The notes beneath the pieces are model-generated. The model was not told the origin of the DNA, ran no database searches, and saw only the letters and a list, made by a program, of their open reading frames with translations. A program made the position numbers and the translations under genes. Below are positions 20,408-31,288 of a DNA stretch of 57,968 bases, in pieces. Each line of letters begins with the position of its first letter. Positions within the stretch are counted from its first letter, which is position 1. This DNA comes from Fidelibacterota bacterium (GTDB lineage Bacteria; Fidelibacterota; Marinisomatia; Marinisomatales; TCS55), in NCBI GenBank assembly GCA_046861385.1, contig JBHHTW010000013.1:1-57968 (forward strand). Direction: 5' to 3'.

Positions 20408-21394
20408 CTAAAAATAACCATTCAAATTTTCCAGAATTCTTTCCTGGACCGGTTTGATGGAATCCGGAAAAGGAAATCGATTACCTGTAATGGTTTCATA
20501 TAAATAAATATATCGGCCGGAGAGTTCAACCACCAGTTCTTCCGGCGCTTCCGGTAGAGTCTTATCGCTGTATGGGTCACAGTGATCAACAAACCAAAGT
20601 CGCAAAAATTCTTTATCAATACTCTGGGGTTCTAATCCGGACGCCATTCTTTCTTCATATGTTTCCCGTATCCAGTAGCGGCTGCTATCTGGTGTATGAA
20701 TTTCATCAATTAATACAATTTTTCCATCAGCGTTTCTGCCCATTTCATATTTGGTATCTACCAGAATTAAACCATGTTCAGCGGCTTTTTGTTGACCAAA
20801 GTCGAACAATTCCAACGCTTTTTCGCTGCAATAATTCCATTCTTCCTGTGTCAACCAGCCTTCGCTGATAATTTCTTCCGGGGAAATGGGGCGGTCATGG
20901 TGTTCTTCTTTGGTGGTTGGGGTGAGCATATTTGAATCCAGCTTCTGGTTTTTCACCAACCCGCCGGGAAGCACATTTCCGCAGTATTCCCGATCGCCGT
21001 GATTATAGACGGTCCAAAGGGATGTATTGGTACTGCCGGTGATATAGCCCCTGACCACAAACTCGATGGGAAAAACATCGCATTTTTCGGCGATAGTGAC
21101 ATTTGGATCGGGAATTTCCAATACATGGTTTGGTATAATGTGTTTTGTTTCTTCAAACCACCAAGAGCTGGTGAGGTTAAGGACCTGTCCTTTAAAAGGA
21201 ATGGATGCCAATACCCTGTCGAAAGCGCTTTGACGGTCGGTGGTAATTAACACAACTTTTTCGCCCATATCATACTGGTCCCGGACTTTACCCGACCGTT
21301 TGACCCCTGCTGCCAAACGGGTTTCAACCAGCGTATTCTTTCGCTCTGATTGAATCCGGTTTTTATAGCGATCTATCAATTTGATAACATTCAT
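20408..21394 (-). CDS. purC: SAICAR synthetase (long ADE1/plant-like form)
   Basis: 'GKVRD', 'TDRQSAFD', 'EFVVRGYITGS', 'LVDTKYEMG', 'DEIHTPDSSRYW', 'DKEFLR.W'. Confidence 0.96.
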   Translation of the reverse strand: MNVIKLIDRYKNRIQSERKNTLVETRLAAGVKRSGKVRDQYDMGEKVVLITTDRQSAFDRVLASIPFKGQVLNLTSSWWFEETKHIIPNHVLEIPDPNVTIAEKCDVFPIEFVVRGYITGSTNTSLWTVYNHGDREYCGNVLPGGLVKNQKLDSNMLTPTTKEEHHDRPISPEEIISEGWLTQEEWNYCSEKALELFDFGQQKAAEHGLILVDTKYEMGRNADGKIVLIDEIHTPDSSRYWIRETYEERMASGLEPQSIDKEFLRLWFVDHCDPYSDKTLPEAPEELVVELSGRYIYLYETITGNRFPFPDSIKPVQERILENLNGYF

Positions 21395-22655
21395 GTGATA
21401 TGGGATTGAACATAATATGTGTATCCAAAATGTCCTTTAAAACAACCTTAATATTACCGCCGTTCACCGTTATATTCCAGAGAACTCCATGTTGAATAGA
21501 AGAAATACCTTCAATTTCAAATCGTCTGGTTAAAAATTCCAGTTTAGCCCGTCCCACTATATCTTCTTTTTGTCTTACCAGATAAGATGTCGTTTTATCG
21601 TTGCGAATCGTTTCGGAGACAAATTCTTTGTTGGAATTAAACAGTTCTCCCGATGCTTTAATCTTATCTAAAATGACATCTTTTTTTCCATTTACAACTA
21701 TTTCCCAGTGGGTTTGACGGGTAATCTCCACATGAAAACCCAATCGGTTTAATGCACTCTGAACGGAAGAGGCTTCATTGTCTGTTATAATCAAATCTAT
21801 CACCCATTCAGTCGAATCTTTCTGTGGATCATATTTTTTTATGTCATAATGGGGATGGTCAAAGCGGAGGGTGTGGTTTGTGGGGAGACATCCTTGTTCG
21901 ATATATTCTCTCATGGAAGAAAAAATGCCGTCTCCTTTTTCGGATCGTTCCGGATGGGGCATGATGGCCATCACATTGCCTGCCGGATTACAAACAGCAG
22001 CCAGGTTTGCAACGGATCCATTCGGATTGGTGGGAAATTCATTCATAATATTTCCATCGTCGTCACAATATTTGAAGACCATTTGATTCAGACGGTTCAT
22101 TTCGGAAAGCAACTCCTTTGGAACCATAAAACGTCCTTCTCCGTGGGCCAGAGGAATATACATTTGATCACCTGTTTTTAAGCACCGGGTAAATGCACAT
22201 CTGGTTGGTGTTACACCCATTTTCAGGTTTGCCCAGGCATTGTAATACCCCACCCCCAGCAAATGTCCACCTTTAATCCGCATATTATCTGTCAAGGCAA
22301 TACCCAGCCGGTATTCGGGAAGGCCGGGGACCAGGCCGCTTTCCACCAGAATTTGAGCCCCGTTACAAATACCCAAAACCGGTTTCCCTTTTTCCGATTC
22401 CAGTTTAATGTATTGCATAATGGGCTCTAATGAAGCAATTACGCCGGACCGGGAGCGGTCTTCGTAGGAAAAACCGCCGACAATAATAAAGCCGCCATAT
22501 TCAGATAAATTTTCACCCGAATCATTCCACAAAAACTCCACCGGATTTAATCCCGCCCGCCGGCAGGCCATGAATGTTTCCCGTTCCGTATTTGAACCGG
22601 GGAACTGGATGATGGCAATATTAATTATGTCGGCCACAGAAATCACAGAAAACAC
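21363..22655 (-). CDS. purQ: FGAM synthase glutaminase PurQ with C-terminal extension of two probable PurS-like domains
   Basis: 'FPGSN', 'GGFSY', 'GICNG', 'AHGEG', 'NPNGS', 'MPHPER', then ~175 extra aa ending 'IMFNPISHECYQI'. Start uncertain (GTG at 22637 also plausible). Confidence 0.92.
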   Translation of the reverse strand: MFSVISVADIINIAIIQFPGSNTERETFMACRRAGLNPVEFLWNDSGENLSEYGGFIIVGGFSYEDRSRSGVIASLEPIMQYIKLESEKGKPVLGICNGAQILVESGLVPGLPEYRLGIALTDNMRIKGGHLLGVGYYNAWANLKMGVTPTRCAFTRCLKTGDQMYIPLAHGEGRFMVPKELLSEMNRLNQMVFKYCDDDGNIMNEFPTNPNGSVANLAAVCNPAGNVMAIMPHPERSEKGDGIFSSMREYIEQGCLPTNHTLRFDHPHYDIKKYDPQKDSTEWVIDLIITDNEASSVQSALNRLGFHVEITRQTHWEIVVNGKKDVILDKIKASGELFNSNKEFVSETIRNDKTTSYLVRQKEDIVGRAKLEFLTRRFEIEGISSIQHGVLWNITVNGGNIKVVLKDILDTHIMFNPISHECYQIDRSL

Positions 22656-22702
22656 AAAGGTTTAAAACATTTATTATTCTGTGTTCTCTGATACTCCGTG
22701 GC
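22633..22702. repeat. Imperfect inverted repeat element between purM and purQ
   Basis: Left GCCACAGAAATCACAGAAAACACA versus reverse complement of right GCCACGGAGTATCAGAGAACACA. Confidence 0.7.
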
Positions 22703-22706
22703 TAAT

Positions 22707-23744
22707 TTATTTAATTGTAACATCTTTCTTTCCATTCACCACGAAACCAAGTTCGTAAACTTTCGTCAAGTTTAACAATTCATCTTTTATTATATTGATA
22801 TTGATGGGCTTAACGATAAAGACCATCCCGATTCCCATATTAAACACGCGGTACATTTCATTATCATCCACATCCCCGAGGGACTGCATGACATCAAAAA
22901 CGGGCAAAACTGGCCAGGTATCTTTTTGAATTTCAACGCCACAATGGTCCGGGAGAATCCGCGGAAGATTTTCAACCAACCCGCCACCGGTAATATGGGC
23001 AATACCTTTAATATCAATATTGTTATTCAAGACCGAAAAAACATGATTGGTATAATTAATGTGTGGTTCAAGTAATGTCAGCCCGAGAGATTTTTCAAGT
23101 TCAGGAATTGTATCATTTACATCAAAACCCCCAATGTCGAAAAAGAGCTTTCTGGCAAAAGAATAACCATTGGTATGCAATCCGCTGGAAGGAAGACCCA
23201 GCACGATATCGCCGGGTGAAATTGAATTGCCTGTAATAATCTGTTCTTTCTCAACTACACCGGTGATAATACCAACGAGATCATGTTCCCCCGGAAGGTA
23301 GGTGTCCGGCATTTCGGCTGTTTCTCCTCCCACGAGAGAAACACCTGTTTCCTGACAGGCTTTCACCATTCCGCTGACGATTTCTTCAACGATTTCCGGC
23401 TTCAGTTTATCATTAGCGATATAGTCCAGGAAAGTGAGCGGCCGGGCCCCCATAACCAGAATGTCGTTAGCAGCGGCGCTCAAAAGATCAATGCCGATGG
23501 TATCATATTTACCCATTTTTTTTGCGATGATGGTTTTGGTACCAACGCCATCAATGCTTTGAACCAGAACCGGATGTTTATAAGATTCCATCAGCGGTTT
23601 TAAATCATAAAGAGAACCAAAGCTTCCGAGCCCGGTTAGGACATTAGAGGAAAAGGTTGACTTTACATTCTCCCGGACGCGCTCCACGACTTCGTTTCCG
23701 GCATCAATATCCACACCGGATGATTTGTAGTCCAATTTACTCAT
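22707..23744 (-). CDS. purM: Phosphoribosylformylglycinamidine cyclo-ligase (AIR synthetase)
   Basis: 'Y..SGVDI.AG', 'DGVGTK', 'GGETAEMP', 'SSGLHTNGYS', 'AHITGGG', 'FNMGIGM'; start at ATG 23744. Confidence 0.97.
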   Translation of the reverse strand: MSKLDYKSSGVDIDAGNEVVERVRENVKSTFSSNVLTGLGSFGSLYDLKPLMESYKHPVLVQSIDGVGTKTIIAKKMGKYDTIGIDLLSAAANDILVMGARPLTFLDYIANDKLKPEIVEEIVSGMVKACQETGVSLVGGETAEMPDTYLPGEHDLVGIITGVVEKEQIITGNSISPGDIVLGLPSSGLHTNGYSFARKLFFDIGGFDVNDTIPELEKSLGLTLLEPHINYTNHVFSVLNNNIDIKGIAHITGGGLVENLPRILPDHCGVEIQKDTWPVLPVFDVMQSLGDVDDNEMYRVFNMGIGMVFIVKPININIIKDELLNLTKVYELGFVVNGKKDVTIK

Positions 23745-23986
23745 TTTATTTTTAGCCACAGGGTCGCCCGCCCGCCACATTTGAAAGAAGTAAAAAGGGA
23801 CGGGCAGGAACAGAACACAGCGTATTGGAAAATGTTGTTTTTACAATCTGTTTTTGAATAATAATATAATCCCGTAGGTTTTTGATTCATTCTAACGGGC
23901 TCTAGGAAGTCCTGGGAATCGTGTTTTATTGTATTTTGACCTGGTATTAATGAAATTAAAATAAATAGTGTTATTAAAACCTTCAT
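23741..23986 (-). CDS. Small secreted cysteine-containing hypothetical protein
   Basis: 81 aa, signal-peptide-like N-terminus, four Cys; its TGA overlaps the purM ATG (ATGA coupling). Confidence 0.45.
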   Translation of the reverse strand: MKVLITLFILISLIPGQNTIKHDSQDFLEPVRMNQKPTGLYYYSKTDCKNNIFQYAVFCSCPSLFTSFKCGGRATLWLKIK

Positions 23987-23992
23987 ATTTTT

Positions 23993-24018
23993 CTCTACGG
24001 TCTTTGTGTCTCTCTGGC
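23993..24018. repeat. Intergenic repeat, half copy behind purL stop
   Basis: CTCTACGGTCTTTGTGTCTCTCTGGC, a degenerate match to the other pur-cluster copies. Confidence 0.5.
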
Positions 24019-24019
24019 T

Positions 24020-26356
24020 TTATAGTTTGTCACGTAATCCATTGGCCCAGGCTTCCTTCGCTTTACGAACAGATATATTGATTGCATCATTGATCACCAA
24101 AGAAGAACTTAAAACCGTTTTTCCAATTTCCATTGCCTCCAAATGGTGTCTTGAAAAGATTGTTTGAACACCGGCTACATCCCCCGGGCTGACTTCTAAC
24201 ACAAATCCACCTGTTTCCGAAAAGAGCCATTGATCGATCAAAAAATGTCCGGGAACAATCACATTACATCCAATTTCATTTTCAAAGGTCATTTCAGCAA
24301 TTGCCGTGGCGATTCCCCCATCAGAAATATCATGACAAGACAGAATCAACCCGTCATCAATACAATCGGTAATGGCATATATCTGCTTTTTTACTTCTTC
24401 AAAATCCGGTCTGGGTACATTGGCTCCCAATTCTTCAAAAAGGCCATAATAAATACTTCCACCCAGCTCATTTTTTCTTTCACCGACCATCAGTAGAATG
24501 GAATCTGTTTTTTTGAAGGACATGGTAATTGTTTTACTCACATCTTTGATCCGCCCCAGGCAACTGATGATGGGGCTGGGGGGAATGGACCCTGTTTTGG
24601 ATTCATTATAGAAACTGACATTTCCCGCTATAACAGGAGTTGGATGATCGGGATGACCTTTAAGTGGAATACCATGACACGCATCTGCCACGCCGCGCGA
24701 CGCTTCCACGAATTCCCACATTTGGTGACGTTTTTCCGGATTGCCAAAACACAGGCAATCGGAAATGGCGTGGGGCGTTGCTCCTACAGCGGCCACATTC
24801 CTCATGGACTCAACCACAGCGTTGACGCCTCCCCAGTATGGATCGATTAAACCATAACGTGGATTATGATCGGTAGAAAGGGCAATTCCGACATTCCGAA
24901 TTTCTTTGGGATATCTTTCAGAATTAAAAGGAGCCATGATCCCAGCATCAGCCGCCCCCGCTTCCACAACAGTACGGCCCTGAACCTGTTTATCGTATGT
25001 TTCAAAAACGACCTCCCTGCTGGCAATATTTTCATGGGAAAGAATTGTCAGTAATATATCACTAAAGTCCGATTTTTTTGGCAAATCAGGTTCGGTAAAT
25101 AATGTTTTCCGTGGTTCGTAAGGGCGGTGGTACAAAAATCCACGAGTCACCTCAGATGCCGGTGCGTCGATGATTTTTTCCGAACCATGATGAACAATAT
25201 ATTGGCCATTACAACGAATTTTTCCTATGACAGATGCTCTGGCCCCCTCGCTTACTTCGGGAAAATCAAAAGTCGTATTATAATGTTCAACAATCATTGG
25301 TGTTATTTCGGGGGGGGAGACCCACATAAAACGTTCCTGAGTTTCACTGCAAAGATAAACGGAAGGATGGAGATTATCCATCCCGGTGTGAATTTGATCC
25401 ATCCATATTTCGGCCCCATACCCGGCAGTGTCCGCCAATTCAACGCTGGCGCAGGCGACGCCTCCCGCGCCCAGGTCTTTAAATCCAACTTGTAAAATCA
25501 GTCCGTTATCTTTTAATTTATCAAACAATGCATATGTGGCCTTAATAATATGTCTTTCCAGAAAAGCATTTGGTTCTTGTACAGCTCCTTTGTTCTGGTC
25601 TTTTTTACTTTCTTCCAACTCAAGGGAAGCGAAACTGGCACCGCCAAAACCACTGTTATCTGTGGGTTTTCCAACGAGGACGAGATCATAACCGTCGGCA
25701 CTTTTAGGGGCGTAGGAATGAATAATATCCTGTTCTCTGACAATGCCTAAGGTAACCAGCGTGACCAGACAATTTTCGTTATACCCTTTATGGTAGTAAA
25801 TATCGCCTCCGATATTGGGAATCCCCAAAGGGTTTCCATAGCCCCCGATACCCGCTACGACGCCATCGTGAATCCATTTGGTTTTATTGTTTTTTATTTC
25901 ACCAAAACGAAATGAATCAGTACAGGCAATGACTTCTGCTCCCATACAGAGGACATCCCGGACATTGCCTCCGACGCCGGTTGCTGCCCCTTCGTAGGGG
26001 ACGATCTGAGACGGATGGTTGTGGGATTCGTGGCTCATCACCATACACCAGCGATGTCCGTCGTTATCGGTGGTAACAGCGACAACGCCCGCGTCTTCCT
26101 TTGCCCCAAGAACGACATCGGGTCCGGCGGTGGTAAAGCGCTTTAAATGGGAACGGCTACTTTTATAACTACAGTGTTCAGAGCCCTGAATTGAAAATAA
26201 AATAAGCTCTGCCAACGACGGCGCCCTCCCGAGCATCTCATGTTGAACTTTAAGGGCTTCTTCGACCGTCAGGGGTATATTCAGCTCAGCCAGATTAGAT
26301 TGAATCTCGGTATCGGCAAGTCCGGTAAAGTCGATTATTTCTTTTGTGAAGGTCAT
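24020..26356 (-). CDS. purL: FGAM synthase synthetase subunit (small PurL)
   Basis: 'SEHCSYKSS', 'EDAGVV', 'ESHNHPS', 'GAATGVGG', 'DLGAGG', 'SETQER', 'GNVSFYN', 'HDISDGG'; 778 aa. Confidence 0.97.
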   Translation of the reverse strand: MTFTKEIIDFTGLADTEIQSNLAELNIPLTVEEALKVQHEMLGRAPSLAELILFSIQGSEHCSYKSSRSHLKRFTTAGPDVVLGAKEDAGVVAVTTDNDGHRWCMVMSHESHNHPSQIVPYEGAATGVGGNVRDVLCMGAEVIACTDSFRFGEIKNNKTKWIHDGVVAGIGGYGNPLGIPNIGGDIYYHKGYNENCLVTLVTLGIVREQDIIHSYAPKSADGYDLVLVGKPTDNSGFGGASFASLELEESKKDQNKGAVQEPNAFLERHIIKATYALFDKLKDNGLILQVGFKDLGAGGVACASVELADTAGYGAEIWMDQIHTGMDNLHPSVYLCSETQERFMWVSPPEITPMIVEHYNTTFDFPEVSEGARASVIGKIRCNGQYIVHHGSEKIIDAPASEVTRGFLYHRPYEPRKTLFTEPDLPKKSDFSDILLTILSHENIASREVVFETYDKQVQGRTVVEAGAADAGIMAPFNSERYPKEIRNVGIALSTDHNPRYGLIDPYWGGVNAVVESMRNVAAVGATPHAISDCLCFGNPEKRHQMWEFVEASRGVADACHGIPLKGHPDHPTPVIAGNVSFYNESKTGSIPPSPIISCLGRIKDVSKTITMSFKKTDSILLMVGERKNELGGSIYYGLFEELGANVPRPDFEEVKKQIYAITDCIDDGLILSCHDISDGGIATAIAEMTFENEIGCNVIVPGHFLIDQWLFSETGGFVLEVSPGDVAGVQTIFSRHHLEAMEIGKTVLSSSLVINDAINISVRKAKEAWANGLRDKL

Positions 26357-26362
26357 TTTATT

Positions 26363-26443
26363 TGCCGCAAAGGCACAGGGGGCACAGGAAATTATCTATG
26401 GTTATTCCATATAATCCTTTGGGTTCTCTGTGTCTCCGCGGCA
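26363..26443. repeat. Imperfect 33-bp inverted repeat element between purA and purL
   Basis: TGCCGCAAAGGCACAGGGGGCACAGGAAATTAT versus reverse complement of right arm TGCCGCGGAGACACAGAGAACCCAAAGGATTAT; mismatches almost all A/G transitions. Confidence 0.75.
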
Positions 26444-26444
26444 T

Positions 26445-27776
<1,332 letters not shown>

Positions 27777-27857
27777 TCACGAAAACAGATCAAATTTGAA
27801 AGGTAAGATTACAGAAAAATGAACTGAACTGAAAGTGTGAATCCAAATATATTCAAC

Positions 27858-29321
27858 TTATCTTTCTTTTTGATTGAATTGAACCTGCATTAAAACAGTA
27901 ACATTGAGTAATAAACCCCAGATTCCTGCATGGATATTCCAGGGCTTTACCGGGAAAGAGGGTATAAAAAAATTGAGCAGCATAATACCCAAAGCCAGAG
28001 TCGTTCCGGCAATCGCTCCGAAAAAGACCGCATTTCCTTTTAATGATTTAAAATGAAGACCAAGAAAAATGGCCGGTGCAATCTGGCACAGAAGTTCCAG
28101 TTTTATTTCCATGATCCGCCAAATGGTCTGAGGCACAACAATCGCAAGATATACAGCCACTGCCATGATGCCCCAAGATGCGATTTTACCGATTTTTGTT
28201 AAAGTCCTTTGCGGTGTGTCCGGCTTAAGGCGTGCATATAAATCGTTTGTGACCAAAGATGAAATCGCTAATAAAGCTGAGTCAACAGTGCTCATAATGG
28301 CTGCAATGGCCGCTGAAAGAAATAAAACAATTAATGCATTCATCATGGGCATTTTTTGACTAATATCTTTTAACATCATCATGGTAATCTGCTCGCTGCC
28401 GCTTCGACTTAAACCAGGAAAATGAGCCAATCCTACCCAGCCAACAACCACCATAAATAATGTAGTAAAAAGAGGCATAAATACCATAATTTGAAACGAA
28501 CGAATCAATGTGGATTCGTTTTTAGCTGCATAAATTCTCTGAATAGCATGGGGATACACAGAAATTCCAAAAAATGCCAAAAGAATGGTGCTGAACCATA
28601 GTCGTTTTTCGTGCCAGGCGGGTGGAGAAAACGCTCCAGGTTGACGATTTTGAATGATATGGCCAGCTTCAGCGAAACCGCCATACTGAACCTGAATGGC
28701 AAAGAAAATAAAAACAACACCTGCTAATAATAAAACGCCTTGAATGACATCTGTCCAAGCAACACTACGCATTCCTCCAAGCGTTTCATAAAAGACCATA
28801 ATAAACGAAAGAAGTATTATTCCTTGGGAAAAGCCGATTTTTCCCCCGGTAGCAGCCTGGACAATGTAACCAATGGCTTTCAGGTTGGTGAGGATATAAT
28901 TCCCCAAAGCAATCATAGCGATAATAATAATTAAATAAGTTAACAATGAATGATTAAACCGATAATGGATATAATCCCCAATGGTTATAAACTTATTTTT
29001 CCTGGACATTCTAAAGAGTTTTGGAGCAAAAATTAAGTAGGCTCCCACAACAGAACTCATGAAAACAACCATAACAATAGATTCATAGCCACCCCTGTAC
29101 GCTTTTCCTGCAAAACCAATTAACGTGTTGCCACTGTACTGCGTAGCGTACAGTGTTAAAAACAATACAGAAAGGCCCATTCCTCGTCCGGCTAAATAAA
29201 AATCAGATAAGGAATTTTCTTTTTGAGCCTTCTTCCCCGCCATACCAACACCAATCAAGGATAATAGATACAGCCCCACAAACCACAGCCCTCCCTGTCC
29301 GATAAGCGGTTCAGGATTCAT
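27858..29321 (-). CDS. Sodium:solute symporter (SSS, PanF/PutP-like)
   Basis: 'DFYLAGRGMG', 'GGMRSVAWTDVIQG', 'AAIMSTVDS'; ~13 TM helices. Confidence 0.92.
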   Translation of the reverse strand: MNPEPLIGQGGLWFVGLYLLSLIGVGMAGKKAQKENSLSDFYLAGRGMGLSVLFLTLYATQYSGNTLIGFAGKAYRGGYESIVMVVFMSSVVGAYLIFAPKLFRMSRKNKFITIGDYIHYRFNHSLLTYLIIIIAMIALGNYILTNLKAIGYIVQAATGGKIGFSQGIILLSFIMVFYETLGGMRSVAWTDVIQGVLLLAGVVFIFFAIQVQYGGFAEAGHIIQNRQPGAFSPPAWHEKRLWFSTILLAFFGISVYPHAIQRIYAAKNESTLIRSFQIMVFMPLFTTLFMVVVGWVGLAHFPGLSRSGSEQITMMMLKDISQKMPMMNALIVLFLSAAIAAIMSTVDSALLAISSLVTNDLYARLKPDTPQRTLTKIGKIASWGIMAVAVYLAIVVPQTIWRIMEIKLELLCQIAPAIFLGLHFKSLKGNAVFFGAIAGTTLALGIMLLNFFIPSFPVKPWNIHAGIWGLLLNVTVLMQVQFNQKER

Positions 29322-29515
29322 TTTGATTTTTTAGATTTATGAAAGTGAGTAGTTTGAAATAAATAAGCAATCAATAATGAATATAAAACGGTTGCTAAAA
29401 AAGAATAAAAAGCCCAGGCCGGAAATCCAAAAATTATTTCGGAAGATGAAATCATCCAAGGGACAGTTAAAAACAACATGAGCAATGATAAAATCCCAGC
29501 TTTTTTTGTAGTCAC
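29318..29515 (-). CDS. Small two-TM membrane partner of SSS transporter (YhdT/DUF997/DUF3311-like)
   Basis: 65 aa, 'PW......IFGFP.W' pattern; coupled to the symporter start. Confidence 0.7.
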   Translation of the reverse strand: MTTKKAGILSLLMLFLTVPWMISSSEIIFGFPAWAFYSFLATVLYSLLIAYLFQTTHFHKSKKSK

Positions 29516-29771
29516 AATATTATTCCGGCAGATAGAATTTGTATGAAACCAAAAGTATACTTATAGACCTCCTTTTGTTTAACATTCCCATGGGTCCTTC
29601 GGGAGCCTGCCCCGCAATTAGGGAAGAAAAACAAGAAGAGGGTAAAGGGTTGAAGCAAATCGGATTTCCTTTAAGCTGCTTGTTTTATTTTTTAAAGTGC
29701 CCTATAGTTATATTGATTGCTTTCCAATGGCTATCCATTGATGGTTTGCTATTCAAAACAAAACCAAATTT

Positions 29772-29809
29772 AAAAGACCTCCCATCGCCTCTGCCAGAGG
29801 AAATGAGGT
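29772..29809 (-). terminator. Possible intrinsic terminator after aldehyde dehydrogenase
   Basis: Bulged stem ACCTC..CCTCT-GGC-AGAGG..GAGGT followed by CTTTT on the minus strand. Confidence 0.4.
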
Positions 29810-31287
29810 TAACCATAAAACAATTTTGTAAAACCCCGGAATACAGATTGGATAGTTTTATTCAAGGGGTACCACCAGGGTTCTTTTTTCATCCCGAACC
29901 GATCCAACAATACCGACTGTACCTGACTAAAGGTTTTCAATCCTTCCGGGCCGTGAACCCGGCCAATACCGCTGATGCCCATACCGCCAAAGGGTAAATC
30001 AGGTATAATATAATTGGTAATTACATCATTCACACACACCGAACCGGCACGAATCTTTTTGGCAATAATTTGACCTCGTTTTTTCTTTTTTGTAAAAATG
30101 GATGCACTCAATCCATATCCGGTTGAATTCGCTTTTTCAATAGCTTCCGCCTCATTTTTTACTCGCATGATGCAGATTTCGGGCCCGAAGGTTTCTTTTG
30201 TCATAATGCCGGATCGATCATCATGAACTTCCAACACAGCTGGTTTAATAAAATAACCACCCAGGGCAGATAAATCTTCACCACCGGAAAAAACCTCTGC
30301 ACCACTTGCCACAGCTTTTTTGATCTGTCCCAATACTTTTTCCTGTTGCCGGTTATTTACTAGCGCGCCAATGTCATCAATATCTTTGTCTGGTCCGGTG
30401 GCAAGAGATTCCGTTTTGGTTTTTACCAACTGAATAAATTCATCGGCCACTTTGTCTACTACATAGATTCTTTCGACAGAAATACAAGTTTGTCCGCAAT
30501 TGCTAAATCCACCCCACACGGCCGCACCGGCAGCCCGCTCAAGGTTGGCGTCTTCCAAAACAATCATGGGATCTTTTCCGCCCAATTCCAGCACAACAGG
30601 TTTAAGGTGTTTGCTACAGGCAACCGCAATTTTTTTCCCAATATCCACGCTTCCTGTAAAACAGATCATGTCTGTTTTCGGGCTATTCACTAATTCAGCG
30701 CCGATGTCTCCCAATCCATATACGGTCTGCAAAACATTTTCAGGAATCCCTGCATCCAGGAAAAGATTGGTCATCAATTCACAGGTAAGGGGAGTGAATT
30801 CAGACGGTTTCAATACGACGGCATTCCCGGCCATCAATGCTTCAACCACTGGCGCGGCAGTCAAAATGAGAGGATAGTTCCAGGGGCTAATAACACCCAC
30901 TACGCCGTGGGGAACATAATTCACGTAGCATTTTTTATTGATTAGAAGACCGGAAGAACGCATTTCTGTTCTCAAATATTCCGGACCATGGCGACCCACA
31001 TGACGCATATGTTCTACGGTGGTAAAGACTTCCAGAAAACCATCCCAATGGGTCTTCCCTGTCTCGGCGGCAACAAGTTTTGACAATTCGTCCATATGTG
31101 CCACCAGCATTTTCCTCACCAAACGGATTTTCCTGGCACGTTGGGTTAAGCGTAAACTTGCCCACTCCAAAGCACCTTCTTTTGCCCGGTCAAACGCGGT
31201 TTCTAGATTCTCGCGAGACGTTATTTGAACAGAACCGATGGGCTCTTTGGTGGCAGGGTTGATAGATATAATTTTTCGGTCTTTCAT
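29809..31287 (-). CDS. Aldehyde dehydrogenase family protein
   Basis: 'ISPWNYP', 'KPSE', 'FTGS', 'LELGGKDP', catalytic 'GQTCIS', 'ETFGP'. Confidence 0.95.
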   Translation of the reverse strand: MKDRKIISINPATKEPIGSVQITSRENLETAFDRAKEGALEWASLRLTQRARKIRLVRKMLVAHMDELSKLVAAETGKTHWDGFLEVFTTVEHMRHVGRHGPEYLRTEMRSSGLLINKKCYVNYVPHGVVGVISPWNYPLILTAAPVVEALMAGNAVVLKPSEFTPLTCELMTNLFLDAGIPENVLQTVYGLGDIGAELVNSPKTDMICFTGSVDIGKKIAVACSKHLKPVVLELGGKDPMIVLEDANLERAAGAAVWGGFSNCGQTCISVERIYVVDKVADEFIQLVKTKTESLATGPDKDIDDIGALVNNRQQEKVLGQIKKAVASGAEVFSGGEDLSALGGYFIKPAVLEVHDDRSGIMTKETFGPEICIMRVKNEAEAIEKANSTGYGLSASIFTKKKKRGQIIAKKIRAGSVCVNDVITNYIIPDLPFGGMGISGIGRVHGPEGLKTFSQVQSVLLDRFGMKKEPWWYPLNKTIQSVFRGFTKLFYG

Positions 31288-31288
31288 C

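Noticed and set aside
29516-29770. Structured leader or riboswitch upstream of the symporter
   Set aside because: Only a short TCC-TTCG-GGA hairpin on the opposite strand; no family signature seen.
29539-29997. 152-aa plus-strand ORF
   Set aside because: TTG start, overlaps the aldehyde dehydrogenase antisense, no recognisable motifs.
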